Shown here: positions 19,727-30,685 of the stretch, in pieces
Position numbering within the stretch: the first letter of the stretch is position 1
Layout: every line of letters starts with the position of its first letter
Origin: Herbaspirillum sp.
Lineage (GTDB): Bacteria > Pseudomonadota > Gammaproteobacteria > Burkholderiales > Burkholderiaceae_D
Direction: 5' to 3'
Assembly: GCA_036500325.1 (NCBI GenBank)
Contig: DASYCG010000116.1
Span: 12,308-76,307 of the forward strand
DNA length: 64,000 nt
The notes under the pieces: generated by a model
The model's database searches: none
What the model was told of the DNA's origin: nothing
What the model saw: only the letters and a program-made list of their open reading frames with translations
Made by a program: the position numbers and the translations under genes

Positions 19727-22138
19727 ATGACAACCTCCACTTTACCTGACCACACGCAACTGCCGTTATTGCCGTTACGGGATGTTGTCGTTTTCCCTCA
19801 TATGGTGATCCCACTGTTCGTGGGGCGTCCGAAGTCCATTAAAGCGCTGGAAGCGGCAATGGAACAAGGCAAGAGCATCATGCTCGCCGCCCAGAAGGCT
19901 GCCGCCAAAGACGAACCTTCGGCCGATGATATCTATGAGATAGGTTGCGTCGCCAATATCCTCCAAATGCTGAAATTGCCCGATGGCACCGTCAAAGTGC
20001 TGGTCGAAGGCGTACAGCGCGCGCGCATCCATCACATCAGTGAATTGGATACCCATTTTGTTGCTGATTTGACACCTGTTGATTCCGAAGCAGGCGATGA
20101 GTCGGAAGTTGAAGCGATGCGCCGCACGATCGTTCAACAGTTCGATCAATACGTCAAACTGAATAAAAAGATTCCGCCTGAAATCCTGACTTCTCTGGCG
20201 GGTATCGACGATGCCGGCCGGCTGGCCGACACGATCGCTGCGCATTTGCCGCTGAAGCTTGAGCAAAAACAGGTCATCCTGGAAATCTTCGACGTGGCTA
20301 AACGCCATGAGCACCTGCTCGGCCAACTGGAAGGCGAACTCGACATCCTGCAGGTCGAGAAGCGTATCCGCGGCCGCGTCAAACGCCAGATGGAAAAATC
20401 GCAGCGCGAATATTATCTGAACGAGCAGGTCAAGGCGATCCAGAAGGAATTGGGCGAAGGCGAAGAAGGCGCCGATCTGGAAGAACTCGAAAAGAAAATA
20501 GTTGCGGCAAAGATGCCGAAAGAGGCGTCCGAGAAAGCACAAGGCGAACTCAGGAAACTGAAGCTGATGTCGCCGATGTCGGCCGAAGCAACCGTGGTGC
20601 GCAATTACATCGATACGCTGATCGGCCTGCCTTGGAAGAAGAAATCCAAGGTCAATAACGAATTGGGCAACGCCGAGAAAGTACTCGAAGGCGATCATTA
20701 CGGCCTCGACAAGGTCAAGGAACGCATTTTGGAATACCTCGCCGTGCAACAACGCGTCGACAAGCTGAAAGCGCCGATTCTGTGCTTCGTTGGGCCGCCC
20801 GGCGTGGGTAAGACTTCGCTCGGTCAATCGATCGCACGTGCGACTAACCGCAAGTTCGTCCGGATGGCTTTGGGCGGCGTGCGCGACGAGGCTGAAATCC
20901 GTGGTCACCGCCGTACGTACATCGGTTCGATGCCCGGCAAGATTTTGCAGAGCCTGGCCAAGGTCGGCGTGCGTAATCCATTGTTCCTGCTCGACGAAAT
21001 CGACAAGCTGGGCATGGATTTCCGTGGCGATCCATCGTCTGCGTTGCTGGAAGTGCTCGATCCGGAGCAGAACCATACGTTTTCGGATCACTATATCGAA
21101 GTCGATTTCGATTTGTCGGACGTGATGTTCGTCGCGACGTCGAACTCCTTCAATATTCCGCCGGCACTGCTGGATCGTATGGAAGTGATTCGCCTTTCGG
21201 GTTATACGGAAGATGAGAAGATCAACATCGCGCTACGTTATCTGCTGCCGAAACAAATCAAGAACAATGGTTTGAAGGTAGAAGAAATCAGCGTTGCCGA
21301 ATCGGCCATCCGCGACATCATCCGCTATTACACCCGCGAAGCCGGCGTGCGTTCGCTTGAGCGTGAAATTTCCAAGATCTGCCGCAAGGTAGTGAAGATG
21401 CTGCTGCTGAAAAAGCAGGACAAGAAAGTGACTGTCTCTTCGAAGAACATCGACAAGTTCCTCGGCGTGCGTATTTTCGATTTCGGCGTGGCGGAAAAAG
21501 AAAATCAGATCGGTCAAGTGGTTGGTCTGGCATGGACTGAAGTCGGCGGCGATTTGCTGACGATCGAAGCTGTGACCATGCCGGGCAAGGGCAACATTAT
21601 TCGTACCGGTACGCTGGGCGATGTGATGAAGGAATCGATCGAAGCCGCGCGCACAGTGGTTCGCAGCAGAGCCAACAAGCTGGGCATCAAGCGGGATGTC
21701 TTTGAAAAGAGCGATATCCATATTCACGTTCCTGAAGGCGCTACACCGAAGGATGGCCCTTCCGCCGGTGTTGCAATGACGGTGGCGCTGGTATCGATCT
21801 TTACCGGTATTCCGGTACGTGCCGATGTTGCGATGACAGGTGAAATTACTTTGCGTGGAGAAGTATTGCCAATCGGCGGCTTGAAGGAAAAATTGCTTGC
21901 GGCGCATCGCGGTGGTGTTAAAACCGTGTTGATTCCTGAGCAAAACGTCAAGGATCTTGCAGAGATTCCGGATAACGTTAAGAACAAGCTTGAGATTATT
22001 CCTGTGCGCTGGATCGACAAGGCATTGGAATTCGCTCTGGAACGTCAGCCGGTCGAGTTGATCGAGACTGAAGCTGTGGTTGATCCTGCGGTGGCCAAAG
22101 CAGCGGAAGGCGCGGATACGAGCGTGGTAAAACACTAA
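19727..22138 (+). CDS. lon: Lon protease
   Basis: LPLRD N-domain, GPPGVGKT, PKDGPSAG catalytic Ser; ATG 19727 follows AAGG. Confidence 0.98.
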   Translation: MTTSTLPDHTQLPLLPLRDVVVFPHMVIPLFVGRPKSIKALEAAMEQGKSIMLAAQKAAAKDEPSADDIYEIGCVANILQMLKLPDGTVKVLVEGVQRARIHHISELDTHFVADLTPVDSEAGDESEVEAMRRTIVQQFDQYVKLNKKIPPEILTSLAGIDDAGRLADTIAAHLPLKLEQKQVILEIFDVAKRHEHLLGQLEGELDILQVEKRIRGRVKRQMEKSQREYYLNEQVKAIQKELGEGEEGADLEELEKKIVAAKMPKEASEKAQGELRKLKLMSPMSAEATVVRNYIDTLIGLPWKKKSKVNNELGNAEKVLEGDHYGLDKVKERILEYLAVQQRVDKLKAPILCFVGPPGVGKTSLGQSIARATNRKFVRMALGGVRDEAEIRGHRRTYIGSMPGKILQSLAKVGVRNPLFLLDEIDKLGMDFRGDPSSALLEVLDPEQNHTFSDHYIEVDFDLSDVMFVATSNSFNIPPALLDRMEVIRLSGYTEDEKINIALRYLLPKQIKNNGLKVEEISVAESAIRDIIRYYTREAGVRSLEREISKICRKVVKMLLLKKQDKKVTVSSKNIDKFLGVRIFDFGVAEKENQIGQVVGLAWTEVGGDLLTIEAVTMPGKGNIIRTGTLGDVMKESIEAARTVVRSRANKLGIKRDVFEKSDIHIHVPEGATPKDGPSAGVAMTVALVSIFTGIPVRADVAMTGEITLRGEVLPIGGLKEKLLAAHRGGVKTVLIPEQNVKDLAEIPDNVKNKLEIIPVRWIDKALEFALERQPVELIETEAVVDPAVAKAAEGADTSVVKH

Positions 22139-22191
22139 GCAGGTTTGCAAAAAAAGGACCGAAATGCGATTTCCGTAGGACGGTCCTTCCT

Positions 22192-22220
22192 AAAAAACGC
22201 TCTTCGGAGCGTTTTTTTTT
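22192..22220. terminator. Intrinsic terminator after lon
   Basis: AAAAAACGCTC-TTCG-GAGCGTTTTTTTTT. Confidence 0.85.
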
Positions 22221-22292
22221 GCGTTTTCGAAACCTGTTGGAGCTGTCATGGCGGTAAATGAAATTTTATACTCGAATCGAGCTGTAAAGCGC

Positions 22293-22321
22293 TTGACAGC
22301 GTGCTTTGCCGCTTGTTTAAT
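22293..22321 (+). promoter_or_regulatory. Sigma70-type promoter for hupB/tRNA operon
   Basis: TTGACA (22293-22298), 17-bp spacer, TTTAAT (22316-22321). Confidence 0.7.
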
Positions 22322-22440
22322 ACACGTTGCAGTTTTTTTCTGCGTTACTCTCGACAGAACGCGCGAGTAAAACGAGATGTGGATAGTCATTAGAAATGAA
22401 CTAGCCGAATCATGTTAACCAATTGTTAAAAGGGGCGTAA

Positions 22441-22713
22441 GTGAACAAGACCGAATTGATCGAGCATATCGCAAATGAAGCGGAGATTTCAAAAGCTGCT
22501 TCCACCCGTGCACTGGACGCACTGATTGGTGCTGTAAAAAAGACATTGAAAAAGAACGGTTCAGTGACTTTGGTAGGTTTTGGTACATTTTCGGTTGGTA
22601 AGCGCGCTGCGCGTACCGGCCGTAATCCACGTACCGGCGAAGCCATCAAGATCAAGGCAGCGAAAGTTCCTAAATTTAAACCTGGCAAAGGTTTGAAAGA
22701 TGCTGTAAACTAA
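22441..22713 (+). CDS. hupB: DNA-binding protein HU
   Basis: MNKTELI, GFGTF, GRNPRTG, PKFKPGK; canonical position after lon. Confidence 0.95.
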   Translation: MNKTELIEHIANEAEISKAASTRALDALIGAVKKTLKKNGSVTLVGFGTFSVGKRAARTGRNPRTGEAIKIKAAKVPKFKPGKGLKDAVN

Positions 22714-22763
22714 TCGTCTTTCGGCGTGGTGACAAACGCCGAAGAGTTCGACTGCTAGGATGC

Positions 22764-22839
22764 GGGTGCTTAGCTCAGTTGGTAGAGCGGCGCCCTTACA
22801 AGGCGTAGGTCGGGAGTTCGAGCCTCTCAGCACCCACCA
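22764..22839 (+). tRNA. tRNA-Val (anticodon TAC)
   Basis: 76-nt cloverleaf, anticodon loop CTTACAA, T-loop TTCGAGC, encoded CCA. Confidence 0.97.
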
Positions 22840-22890
22840 GATCAGTCGGATTGACTAAATTCTAGTTTTAAGTTTAGTTTTGCAGTACAA

Positions 22891-22967
22891 GGAGTGGTAG
22901 TTCAGTTGGTTAGAATACCGGCCTGTCACGTCGGGGGTCGCGGGTTCGAGTCCCGTCCGCTCCGCCA
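22891..22967 (+). tRNA. tRNA-Asp (anticodon GTC)
   Basis: 77-nt cloverleaf, anticodon loop CTGTCAC, T-loop TTCGAGT, encoded CCA. Confidence 0.97.
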
Positions 22968-22975
22968 AGTTAAAG

Positions 22976-23006
22976 AAAAAATGCCCGCATTAGCGGGCAT
23001 TTTTTT
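22976..23006 (+). terminator. Intrinsic terminator after tRNA-Asp
   Basis: AAAAAATGCCCGC-ATTA-GCGGGCATTTTTTT. Confidence 0.85.
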
Positions 23007-23078
23007 ATTCAAATTTTTACGATCCGTAGATATTTTGCATTTAAGTCATGCTTCTAAGTATTTTTACGTATCCCTGTT

Positions 23079-23111
23079 AAAAAGCCCGCTTGTAATTGAA
23101 GCGGGCTTTTT
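23079..23111 (-). terminator. Intrinsic terminator after ppsR (bidirectional shape)
   Basis: AAAAAGCCCGCTT...AAGCGGGCTTTTT. Confidence 0.8.
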
Positions 23112-23138
23112 ATTTATATTATTTACTCCTGGTTCAGG

Positions 23139-23960
23139 CTACGTTTTAATTTCCTGCAGGATGGTCGCGGCGATTTCCTCGATCGATTTGGCTGTCGACG
23201 ACATCCAGCGTATGCCCTCGCGCCGCATCATCTTTTCCGCCTCGTTTATTTCATAGCGGCAGCTTTCCAGCGATGCATATTTACTGCCTGGACGGCGTTC
23301 GTTACGGACCGCCGCCAAGCGGTCCGCCGAAATGGTCAGACCGAAAATCTTGCTTTTATAGGGCAGTAATCCACTCGGCAGCTTGTCTCGTTCGAAGTCT
23401 TCCGGAATCAACGGGTAATTGGCTGCCTTGATGCCGTATTGCATGGCCAGATATAAACTGGTCGGCGTCTTGCCGGAACGCGATACGCCCACCAGAATCA
23501 CGTCTGCCGCCGACAGATTCTTGTTGGATTGGCCATCATCATGCGCCAGCGAGAAATTAATCGCCTCAATACGGTTCTTGTATTCTTCGGAATCTGCCGT
23601 GTTGTGGCTGCCGCCGATGGCATGGCTGGCCTTGACCTCCAGTTCCTGCTCCAGCGGCTCGACAAAGGTCTGGATCAGATCCATATGCTTGGCGTTGGCT
23701 GCCCGGATGACCTGCGACAACTCCGCCTTTACTAGTGTCGAAAAGACAATAGGTTTCGAACCGTCGCTGACGAATGCCTCATTGATCTTGCGGGTGGCGT
23801 CATGCGCTTTCTGAATGGTATCGATAAAAGGCAGGCGGACCTGCCTGAAGCGCAAAGGGAACTGCGTAAGCACGGAATGGCCGAAGGTCTCCGCGGTGAT
23901 GCCGGTGCCGTCGGAAACAAAAAAGACAGTGCGATTGGCGAGAGGTAAAGGTTGTGTCAT
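23139..23960 (-). CDS. ppsR: PEP synthetase regulatory kinase/phosphotransferase
   Basis: SDGTGITAE, HDDG, GVSRSGKTPTSLYLA; divergent from ppsA; start ATG 23960. Confidence 0.93.
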   Translation of the reverse strand: MTQPLPLANRTVFFVSDGTGITAETFGHSVLTQFPLRFRQVRLPFIDTIQKAHDATRKINEAFVSDGSKPIVFSTLVKAELSQVIRAANAKHMDLIQTFVEPLEQELEVKASHAIGGSHNTADSEEYKNRIEAINFSLAHDDGQSNKNLSAADVILVGVSRSGKTPTSLYLAMQYGIKAANYPLIPEDFERDKLPSGLLPYKSKIFGLTISADRLAAVRNERRPGSKYASLESCRYEINEAEKMMRREGIRWMSSTAKSIEEIAATILQEIKT

Positions 23961-24135
23961 GGCGTCATACAAAAGTTGTCGGCTATAAATAATAAAAAAA
24001 ACGGGGTGCGAGTAAAAAAACAGATGCAGCCATGTAAAATGGCACGCAACTATTAACCAGCCGTGCGACAAAGAATAACAAAAACGAGCAACGAGGCATA
24101 CGTGAAGATTTCTTATCATCAAACTAGAGGTTGTT

Positions 24136-26568
24136 ATGTCCAACGCAATGCAAATGGGTGCTACCCAGGGGGCCGCTTACGTAGTCTCCTTTGAAAACTT
24201 GAGGATGACGGATGTCGAATCCGTCGGCGGCAAGAACGCATCACTGGGTGAAATGATTAGCCAACTGGCCGGGGCCGGCGTGCGCGTGCCGGGCGGCTTT
24301 GCCACCACGGCGCAGGCATTTCGCGATTTCCTGAGCCACAGCATCGACGGCGGCACGCCGTTGGCGCAACGTATCGCCGATCGTCTCAGCACGCTTGATA
24401 TCGAAGATGTGCGGGCGCTGGCGCAGGCCGGCAGCGAGATTCGGCAATGGATCGTCGATACCCCGTTCCAGCCGCGTCTGGCGAAGGAAATCAATGATTT
24501 TTACCAGAAGCTGGTAACCGACTCTTCGAGCGAGATGTCGTTTGCGGTGCGCTCTTCGGCCACGGCTGAAGATTTGCCGGATGCATCCTTTGCCGGACAA
24601 CAGGAAACATTCCTGAACGTGGTCGGCATCGAGAACGTCCTGGAAGCGATGAAACACGTGTTTGCTTCGCTGTACAACGATCGCGCCATCTCATACCGGG
24701 TCCACAAGGGCTTTACGCACGCCGAAGTCGCGCTGTCGGCCGGTGTGCAGCGCATGGTGCGTTCGGACGTCGGCGCGGCCGGCGTGATGTTTACGCTGGA
24801 CACCGAATCCGGTTTCAAGGATGTCGTTTTCATCACGTCCAGCTACGGTCTGGGCGAAACGGTGGTGCAGGGCGCGGTTAATCCGGACGAGTTCTACGTC
24901 CATAAGCCGATGCTGGAACAAGGCAAACTGCCGATCATCCGTCGCAATATCGGCTCCAAACTGATCAAGATGGAATTCACCGGCGAAGCCAAGGCCGGCC
25001 TTTCGGTGAAAACGGTCGATGTGCCGATCGAAATGCGCAACCGTTATTCGCTGAACGACACCGAAGTGGTCGAACTGGCGAAATACGCAACGATCATCGA
25101 AAAACATTACCAGCGCCCGATGGATATCGAGTGGGGCAAGGATGGCCGCGACGGTAAGCTGTACATCTTGCAGGCACGCCCTGAAACCGTTAAATCGCAG
25201 CAAAAAGACACCGACGCGCAGCAACGCTACAAACTCAAGGGTTCGGGCAGCGTGCTGACGGCTGGCCGTGCGATCGGTCAGAAGATCGGCGCCGGTCCGG
25301 TGCGGGTCATTCGCGATGCATCGGAAATGGAACGCGTTCAGCCCGGCGACGTGCTGGTTGCCGATATGACCGATCCAAACTGGGAGCCGGTCATGAAGCG
25401 GGCCGCGGCCATCGTCACCAATCGCGGCGGGCGTACCTGCCACGCGGCGATTATTGCGCGTGAATTGGGCGTGCCGGCAGTGGTCGGCTGCGGCGATGCA
25501 ACCGATGTGCTCAAAGACGGTACGCTGGTCACCGTATCGTGCGCCGAAGGCGACGAGGGCAAGATTTACGACGGCTTGCTGGAAACTGAAATCTCCGAAG
25601 TGGCGCGTGGCGAATTGCCTGAGATTCCGGTGAAGATCACGATGAACATCGGCAATCCGCAACTGGCGTTCGATTTCCAGTCGATCCCGAATGCAGGCGT
25701 CGGTCTGGCCCGTCTTGAGTTCATCATCAACAACAATATCGGTGTTCATCCACGTGCCATCCTGGAATATCCGAATATCGATGCCGATCTGAAGAAGGCG
25801 GTCGAATCGGTGGCGCGCGGCCATGCTTCTCCGAAGGCGTTTTACGTCGACAAGCTGGCCGAAGGGATTGCGACGATTGCCGCCGCATTCTGGCCCAAGC
25901 CTGTCATCGTGCGTTTATCCGATTTCAAATCGAACGAATACAAAAAGCTGATCGGTGGTTCGCGTTACGAGCCGGATGAAGAAAATCCGATGTTGGGTTT
26001 CCGTGGCGCCGCGCGCTATCTGTCGGCCGATTTTGCCGAAGCATTTGAAATGGAATGCCAGGCGATGAAGCGGGTGCGCGAGGATATGGGTCTCTCCAAT
26101 GTCGAAATCATGGTGCCGTTCGTGCGCACGCTGGGCCAGGCTGAAAAAGTCCTTGGCCTGCTGGACAAGAATGGTTTGCGCCGCGGCGAAAACGGCTTGC
26201 GCGTCATCATGATGTGCGAGGTGCCGTCGAATGCGATTCTGGCTGAGGAATTCCTGGAATATTTCGATGGTTTCTCGATTGGTTCGAACGATCTGACGCA
26301 GTTGACGCTGGGACTGGATCGCGATTCCGGCCTGGAGCTGTTGGCGGCCGATTTCGACGAACGCGATCCTGCCGTGCTGGCCTTGTTGTCGAAGGTCATC
26401 AAGACCTGCGTTTCCAAGGGCAAGTACGTCGGCATCTGCGGTCAGGGGCCATCGGATCACCCGGACTTCGCTGCATGGTTGATGGCACAAGGAATCAGCT
26501 CGATGTCGCTGAATCCCGATTCGATCATCGACACCTGGCAGAAATTGGCCAAGGCCGTGAAAGCCTGA
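24136..26568 (+). CDS. ppsA: Phosphoenolpyruvate synthase
   Basis: [34 protein letters not shown] phospho-His, [10 protein letters not shown]. Confidence 0.97.
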   Translation: MSNAMQMGATQGAAYVVSFENLRMTDVESVGGKNASLGEMISQLAGAGVRVPGGFATTAQAFRDFLSHSIDGGTPLAQRIADRLSTLDIEDVRALAQAGSEIRQWIVDTPFQPRLAKEINDFYQKLVTDSSSEMSFAVRSSATAEDLPDASFAGQQETFLNVVGIENVLEAMKHVFASLYNDRAISYRVHKGFTHAEVALSAGVQRMVRSDVGAAGVMFTLDTESGFKDVVFITSSYGLGETVVQGAVNPDEFYVHKPMLEQGKLPIIRRNIGSKLIKMEFTGEAKAGLSVKTVDVPIEMRNRYSLNDTEVVELAKYATIIEKHYQRPMDIEWGKDGRDGKLYILQARPETVKSQQKDTDAQQRYKLKGSGSVLTAGRAIGQKIGAGPVRVIRDASEMERVQPGDVLVADMTDPNWEPVMKRAAAIVTNRGGRTCHAAIIARELGVPAVVGCGDATDVLKDGTLVTVSCAEGDEGKIYDGLLETEISEVARGELPEIPVKITMNIGNPQLAFDFQSIPNAGVGLARLEFIINNNIGVHPRAILEYPNIDADLKKAVESVARGHASPKAFYVDKLAEGIATIAAAFWPKPVIVRLSDFKSNEYKKLIGGSRYEPDEENPMLGFRGAARYLSADFAEAFEMECQAMKRVREDMGLSNVEIMVPFVRTLGQAEKVLGLLDKNGLRRGENGLRVIMMCEVPSNAILAEEFLEYFDGFSIGSNDLTQLTLGLDRDSGLELLAADFDERDPAVLALLSKVIKTCVSKGKYVGICGQGPSDHPDFAAWLMAQGISSMSLNPDSIIDTWQKLAKAVKA

Positions 26569-26630
26569 TCGATAAGAAATCTGTCAGAGCATAGTCCGGT
26601 TCCCGCAAAAGGATGATGTAAGGGCGATGT

Positions 26631-26669
26631 AAAAAAGCCGACCCGGTTAAAGCCGGGCCGGCTTTTTTT
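26631..26669. terminator. Intrinsic terminator after ppsA
   Basis: AAAAAAGCCG...CGGCTTTTTTT hairpin. Confidence 0.75.
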
Positions 26670-26755
26670 ATAGTTGGCGCATGCGCCAAGTGCGGGTTGA
26701 TGCGTAAGACAAATAGGGTAGACTGACGCTTCTGGAAATGCGTGAGGGAACGGCG

Positions 26756-27217
26756 ATGGCGGACTGGGCGATTTGGATATTGTTGGCCGGCGTGCTGGTC
26801 GGCGCCGAGCTGTTTACCGGAACGTTTTATTTATTGATGCTGGCGCTCGGCATGGCCGCCGGCAGTCTCGTTGCCTACGCCGGTTTAAGGCTCGAATGGC
26901 AGTTCATCATTGCTGCGGCGATCGGTATTGCCGCCACCGTTGCCTTGCGCCGCAGCCGTTTCGGCAAAATGCGCAAAGAGCCGGCGGAACGCGATCCGAA
27001 TGTATCGATGGATATCGGGCAACTGATCGTAATCGATGCCTGGCAACGCATAGGCGATGCTTACGTTGCACGCGTACCTTATCGCGGCGCGTTTTGGGAT
27101 GTCGATCTGGAAGCCGGCGCGCAACCGCAGGCAGGCCAGTTTCTTATTCGTGAAATTCGTGGCAGCCGGCTGATTGTGTCGCATGTCGGCGCCGTCGATC
27201 AAACAACAACATCTTAA
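26756..27217 (+). CDS. NfeD-family membrane protein (short form)
   Basis: N-terminal TM helices (W..LA..L..AEL), C-terminal OB-like region with YRGAFW; upstream of SPFH gene. Confidence 0.85.
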   Translation: MADWAIWILLAGVLVGAELFTGTFYLLMLALGMAAGSLVAYAGLRLEWQFIIAAAIGIAATVALRRSRFGKMRKEPAERDPNVSMDIGQLIVIDAWQRIGDAYVARVPYRGAFWDVDLEAGAQPQAGQFLIREIRGSRLIVSHVGAVDQTTTS

Positions 27218-27234
27218 ACATTCGGGAGAATGCC

Positions 27235-28152
27235 ATGTTCGGAAGTATTTCCATCGTCATTGTTTTTATTGCGATCGTCTTTATTATCAAAACGGTGAAA
27301 GTCGTGCCGCAACAGCATGCCTGGGTCGTAGAACGCCTCGGTAAATATCACGCAACATTAGGTCCGGGGCTGAGCATCGTTTTGCCTTTCGTCGATCGAG
27401 TCGCTTATAAGCACATCCTGAAAGAAATTCCGCTCGATGTGCCGCCGCAAGTCTGCATCACACGAGACAATACGCAATTGAATGTAGACGGCATCCTGTA
27501 TTTCCAGGTCACCGACGCAATGCGCGCCTCGTACGGTTCATCCAATTACATCGCTGCAATCACCCAACTGGCGCAAACCACGCTGCGCTCGGTCATTGGC
27601 AAGATGGAACTCGATAAAACGTTTGAAGAGCGTGATCACATCAATATCACGATCGTCAATGCGATCGACGAGTCGGCGCAAAACTGGGGTGTCAAGGTGC
27701 TGCGTTATGAAATCAAGGATCTGACGCCGCCGAAAGAAATCCTGCATGCGATGCAGGCGCAGATTACGGCGGAACGCGAAAAACGCGCACTGATCGCGGC
27801 ATCCGAAGGACGCAAGCAGGAACAGATTAATATCGCCACCGGCGAACGGGAAGCATCGATTGCCAAATCGGAAGGTGAAATGCAGGCGTCGATCAATCGA
27901 GCGCAAGGCCAGGCTGCTGCAATTCTGGCAATCGCAACCGCCAGCGCCGAGGCGATCCGTAAAACTGCTTCGGCGATCAGGGAACCGGGCGGTATCGACG
28001 CGATGAATCTGAAAGTTGCCGAACAATATGTCAGTGCATTTTCGCAACTGGCGAAAACCAATAATTCCATTATCGTGCCGGCCAATCTCGGCGACATGAG
28101 CGGCATGATCGCCAGCGCAATGCAAGTGATCAAGTCGCAGACTAAAAATTAG
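27235..28152 (+). CDS. SPFH/band-7 (QmcA/stomatin-like) protein
   Basis: VVERLGKY, LAQTTLRSVIG, WGVKVLRYEIKD, AEREKRA coiled coil. Confidence 0.93.
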   Translation: MFGSISIVIVFIAIVFIIKTVKVVPQQHAWVVERLGKYHATLGPGLSIVLPFVDRVAYKHILKEIPLDVPPQVCITRDNTQLNVDGILYFQVTDAMRASYGSSNYIAAITQLAQTTLRSVIGKMELDKTFEERDHINITIVNAIDESAQNWGVKVLRYEIKDLTPPKEILHAMQAQITAEREKRALIAASEGRKQEQINIATGEREASIAKSEGEMQASINRAQGQAAAILAIATASAEAIRKTASAIREPGGIDAMNLKVAEQYVSAFSQLAKTNNSIIVPANLGDMSGMIASAMQVIKSQTKN

Positions 28153-28200
28153 CCGACCTCAATCCGACAGGATGTAGACGGCAGACGGTAATTAGATGCG

Positions 28201-29085
28201 CTAGTCGACGCTGCGCATCGTTTTTTCCAGGCATTGCGTCTGACGTGCAGCGTCTCTCTTGCGTAGTGCAACGCAATCTTGATAAGTACGCACATACCTG
28301 TCGAACATCTGCGCTGCACGTTTCGGATCGCTACGCGCCAGTTTTTCAATAAATGCCCGATCGCCGATTTCAAAATGCTGATAATCGATCGGTTGTTTCC
28401 AATCACCGCCCCATACCAGAAAACCGTTGTCGGCAAATAAGCCGCGTATCGTTTCCGTCATGCCGGGTCGTAGTGTGCTTCGGTCGGCAAAAGTTTTAGC
28501 GCTGGCGGGCAAGACACTCAATTGGCCATCGGCGCCGCGGCTCAGATAGGGGTTTTGCAGAGGATTGACGTCGATGGCGGCGCCATACGCGTGTTTCGAC
28601 CAACTGCTGCCTCCGGTGATGGGACGGCCATTGAATGCGGAACTGTTGTTGTCCGCCATGGACGCGACATCGTCTCCGGCGTAATACGTCAAGGCATGGG
28701 CGCTGTGCAACGGGAATTTGGCCGCCTGCAGTTGTATCATCAAGCGTTGCACATGCGACGCCACGGCATCCATGACAATCATTTCACCATCCTGTTTCTG
28801 ATGGCCTTCAAAATCGATATAGGAAAAGCGCACGCGCGCCAGGCGTCCGCAGGGCAGCGGATTGCGCTCGCTGATGACGTTCTCGGCGCGCATGGCGCTG
28901 CAGTCGCTTGGGGTGAGCGGTGCAACTCCGAGCACGGTTTCCGAGGCTGCTGTCGAGGCCACTTTCGAGCTTGCAGCAATGGCCGGCGCAGACAGGACTG
29001 CCGAGCCGGCGAGCAGCAGCGCAAAGTGCAGGGCAAAACAGTTGGCGTTATGCAGTAAAGTATTGTTCTGCCGGTAATTTTTCAT
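28201..29085 (-). CDS. Secreted M15-family zinc peptidase (peptidoglycan peptidase)
   Basis: Signal peptide, NNSSAFNGR, SKHAYGAAIDVNP (SxHxxGxAxD), WGGDW..DYQHFE; start ATG 29085. Confidence 0.85.
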   Translation of the reverse strand: MKNYRQNNTLLHNANCFALHFALLLAGSAVLSAPAIAASSKVASTAASETVLGVAPLTPSDCSAMRAENVISERNPLPCGRLARVRFSYIDFEGHQKQDGEMIVMDAVASHVQRLMIQLQAAKFPLHSAHALTYYAGDDVASMADNNSSAFNGRPITGGSSWSKHAYGAAIDVNPLQNPYLSRGADGQLSVLPASAKTFADRSTLRPGMTETIRGLFADNGFLVWGGDWKQPIDYQHFEIGDRAFIEKLARSDPKRAAQMFDRYVRTYQDCVALRKRDAARQTQCLEKTMRSVD

Positions 29086-29211
29086 CGTTTTTATCCCTTT
29101 TTTATTTTTTCGGCATTGTTTCTGCAAGGTCTGCCGGTACAGGCTTCCAAGTGCGTCCGAACGCCGGCAACCGCGAATAATCGTGTACAACCGCGTACAA
29201 TAACCACCACT

Positions 29212-30018
29212 ATGTTTATCGACTCCCATTGCCATATCAACTTCCCCGAACTGGTCGCACGGCTGCCGGATATTCTCAGCAAAATGCGGGACAATCAGGT
29301 CAGTCATGCTTTATGCGTATCCGTCAATTTACCGGACTTTCCTCAAGTTCTGGCGCTGGCGCATCAATATCCCCATATCTATGCGTCGGTAGGGGTGCAT
29401 CCGGACTATGAAGATACCCCTGAACCCAGCGTCAAGCAATTAGTCGATCTGGCGGCCGACCCCAAGATTGTCGCCATCGGCGAAACCGGCCTGGATTACT
29501 TTCGCCTGACCGGCGATCTGGAATGGCAGCGCGAGCGTTTCCGCACGCACATCCGCGCTTCGCGGGCTACCGGCAAGCCGCTGATCATTCATACCCGTTC
29601 AGCCGCGGAAGACACCATCCGCATTATGCAGGAAGAGGGCGCCAATCCGGAAGCGGGCGGCGTCGGCGGCGTGATGCATTGCTTCACCGAATCACTGGAA
29701 GTGGCGCAAGCCGCTATTGCGCTGGGGTTTTACATTTCGCTTTCCGGCATCGTGACATTCAAGAGCGCCAAGGATTTGCAGGCGGTAGCCCGAACGATAC
29801 CGCTTGAGCGCATGTTGATCGAAACCGATTCGCCGTATCTGGCGCCGGTGCCGCATCGCGGCAAAATGAACGAACCCGGCCTGGTGCGGCACGTCGCCGA
29901 ATTTATTGCCGATCTGCGTGGTGTACCGGTGGCTGAAATCGCTCAGCACACCAGCGCCAATTTCTTCCGTCTATTCAACATCGAGCGCCCAGCCATCTAT
30001 GAAACACTCCCTGCCTGA
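29212..30018 (+). CDS. TatD-family hydrolase (YcfH-like)
   Basis: MFIDSHCH, GVHP, AIGETGLDY, IIHTR, HCF, ETDSPYLAP. Confidence 0.93.
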   Translation: MFIDSHCHINFPELVARLPDILSKMRDNQVSHALCVSVNLPDFPQVLALAHQYPHIYASVGVHPDYEDTPEPSVKQLVDLAADPKIVAIGETGLDYFRLTGDLEWQRERFRTHIRASRATGKPLIIHTRSAAEDTIRIMQEEGANPEAGGVGGVMHCFTESLEVAQAAIALGFYISLSGIVTFKSAKDLQAVARTIPLERMLIETDSPYLAPVPHRGKMNEPGLVRHVAEFIADLRGVPVAEIAQHTSANFFRLFNIERPAIYETLPA

Positions 30019-30685
30019 TCGCTTTTTAAGCCGCCGCGGATGCGTAGCCCTATTTTCCCTGTTGCTCTTGGCCGTGGCGCCGGGCGCCGCGTTTGCCGAT
30101 TCTCTGGGCGATTTTTTCAGGGCGGTAAAAATGGACGATTCAACGACAATCAGCGGGTTATTGCAACGTGGCTTAAGCCCGAATCTGGTTGAAGAAAATC
30201 GCGGCGAGACCGGCCTTATGCTGGCCCTGCGTGAAGATTCGAACAAAGTATTCGATGTGTTGCTGAACGCGCCGTCGGTCGATCTGGAGGCACGCGCCAA
30301 GAACGGCGACAATGCGCTGATGATTGCGGCATATAAAGGCAACGCCGCCGCCGTCAAGGCTTTGCTCGCTAAAGAGGTGGAAGTCAATAAACAAGGTTGG
30401 ACTGCGTTGCATTATGCAGCGACCATCGGCAACGATGAAATCGTCAAGCTCCTGCTGGACGATTCGGCCTATATCGATGCCGAATCGCCTAACAGCACCA
30501 CACCGCTGATGATGGCGGCAGGCAAAGGCCATGTCTCTACCGTGAAGTTATTGATGGACGAGGGCGCCGACGCATCCTTGAAAAACAATGTCGGCATGAC
30601 TGCACTCGATTTTGCGCGCGAATCCGATATGCGGTCCGTCTTCGACGATATGACCGCATTGCTCGGAAAATCCGGTAAGCCTTGA
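29999..30685 (+). CDS. Secreted ankyrin-repeat protein
   Basis: SRRG plus hydrophobic signal; repeats GETGLMLA, GDNALMIAA, GWTALHYAA, TTPLMMAA, GMTALDFA. Confidence 0.9.
   Translation: MKHSLPDRFLSRRGCVALFSLLLLAVAPGAAFADSLGDFFRAVKMDDSTTISGLLQRGLSPNLVEENRGETGLMLALREDSNKVFDVLLNAPSVDLEARAKNGDNALMIAAYKGNAAAVKALLAKEVEVNKQGWTALHYAATIGNDEIVKLLLDDSAYIDAESPNSTTPLMMAAGKGHVSTVKLLMDEGADASLKNNVGMTALDFARESDMRSVFDDMTALLGKSGKP

Noticed and set aside
22764-23138. Possible genomic island or prophage attachment at tRNA-Val/Asp
   Set aside because: No integrase and no duplicated tRNA 3' end noticed; only a short AT-rich spacer with two terminators
22894-23256. 120-aa ORF starting MVVQLVRIPACH
   Set aside because: Translation of tRNA-Asp and terminators
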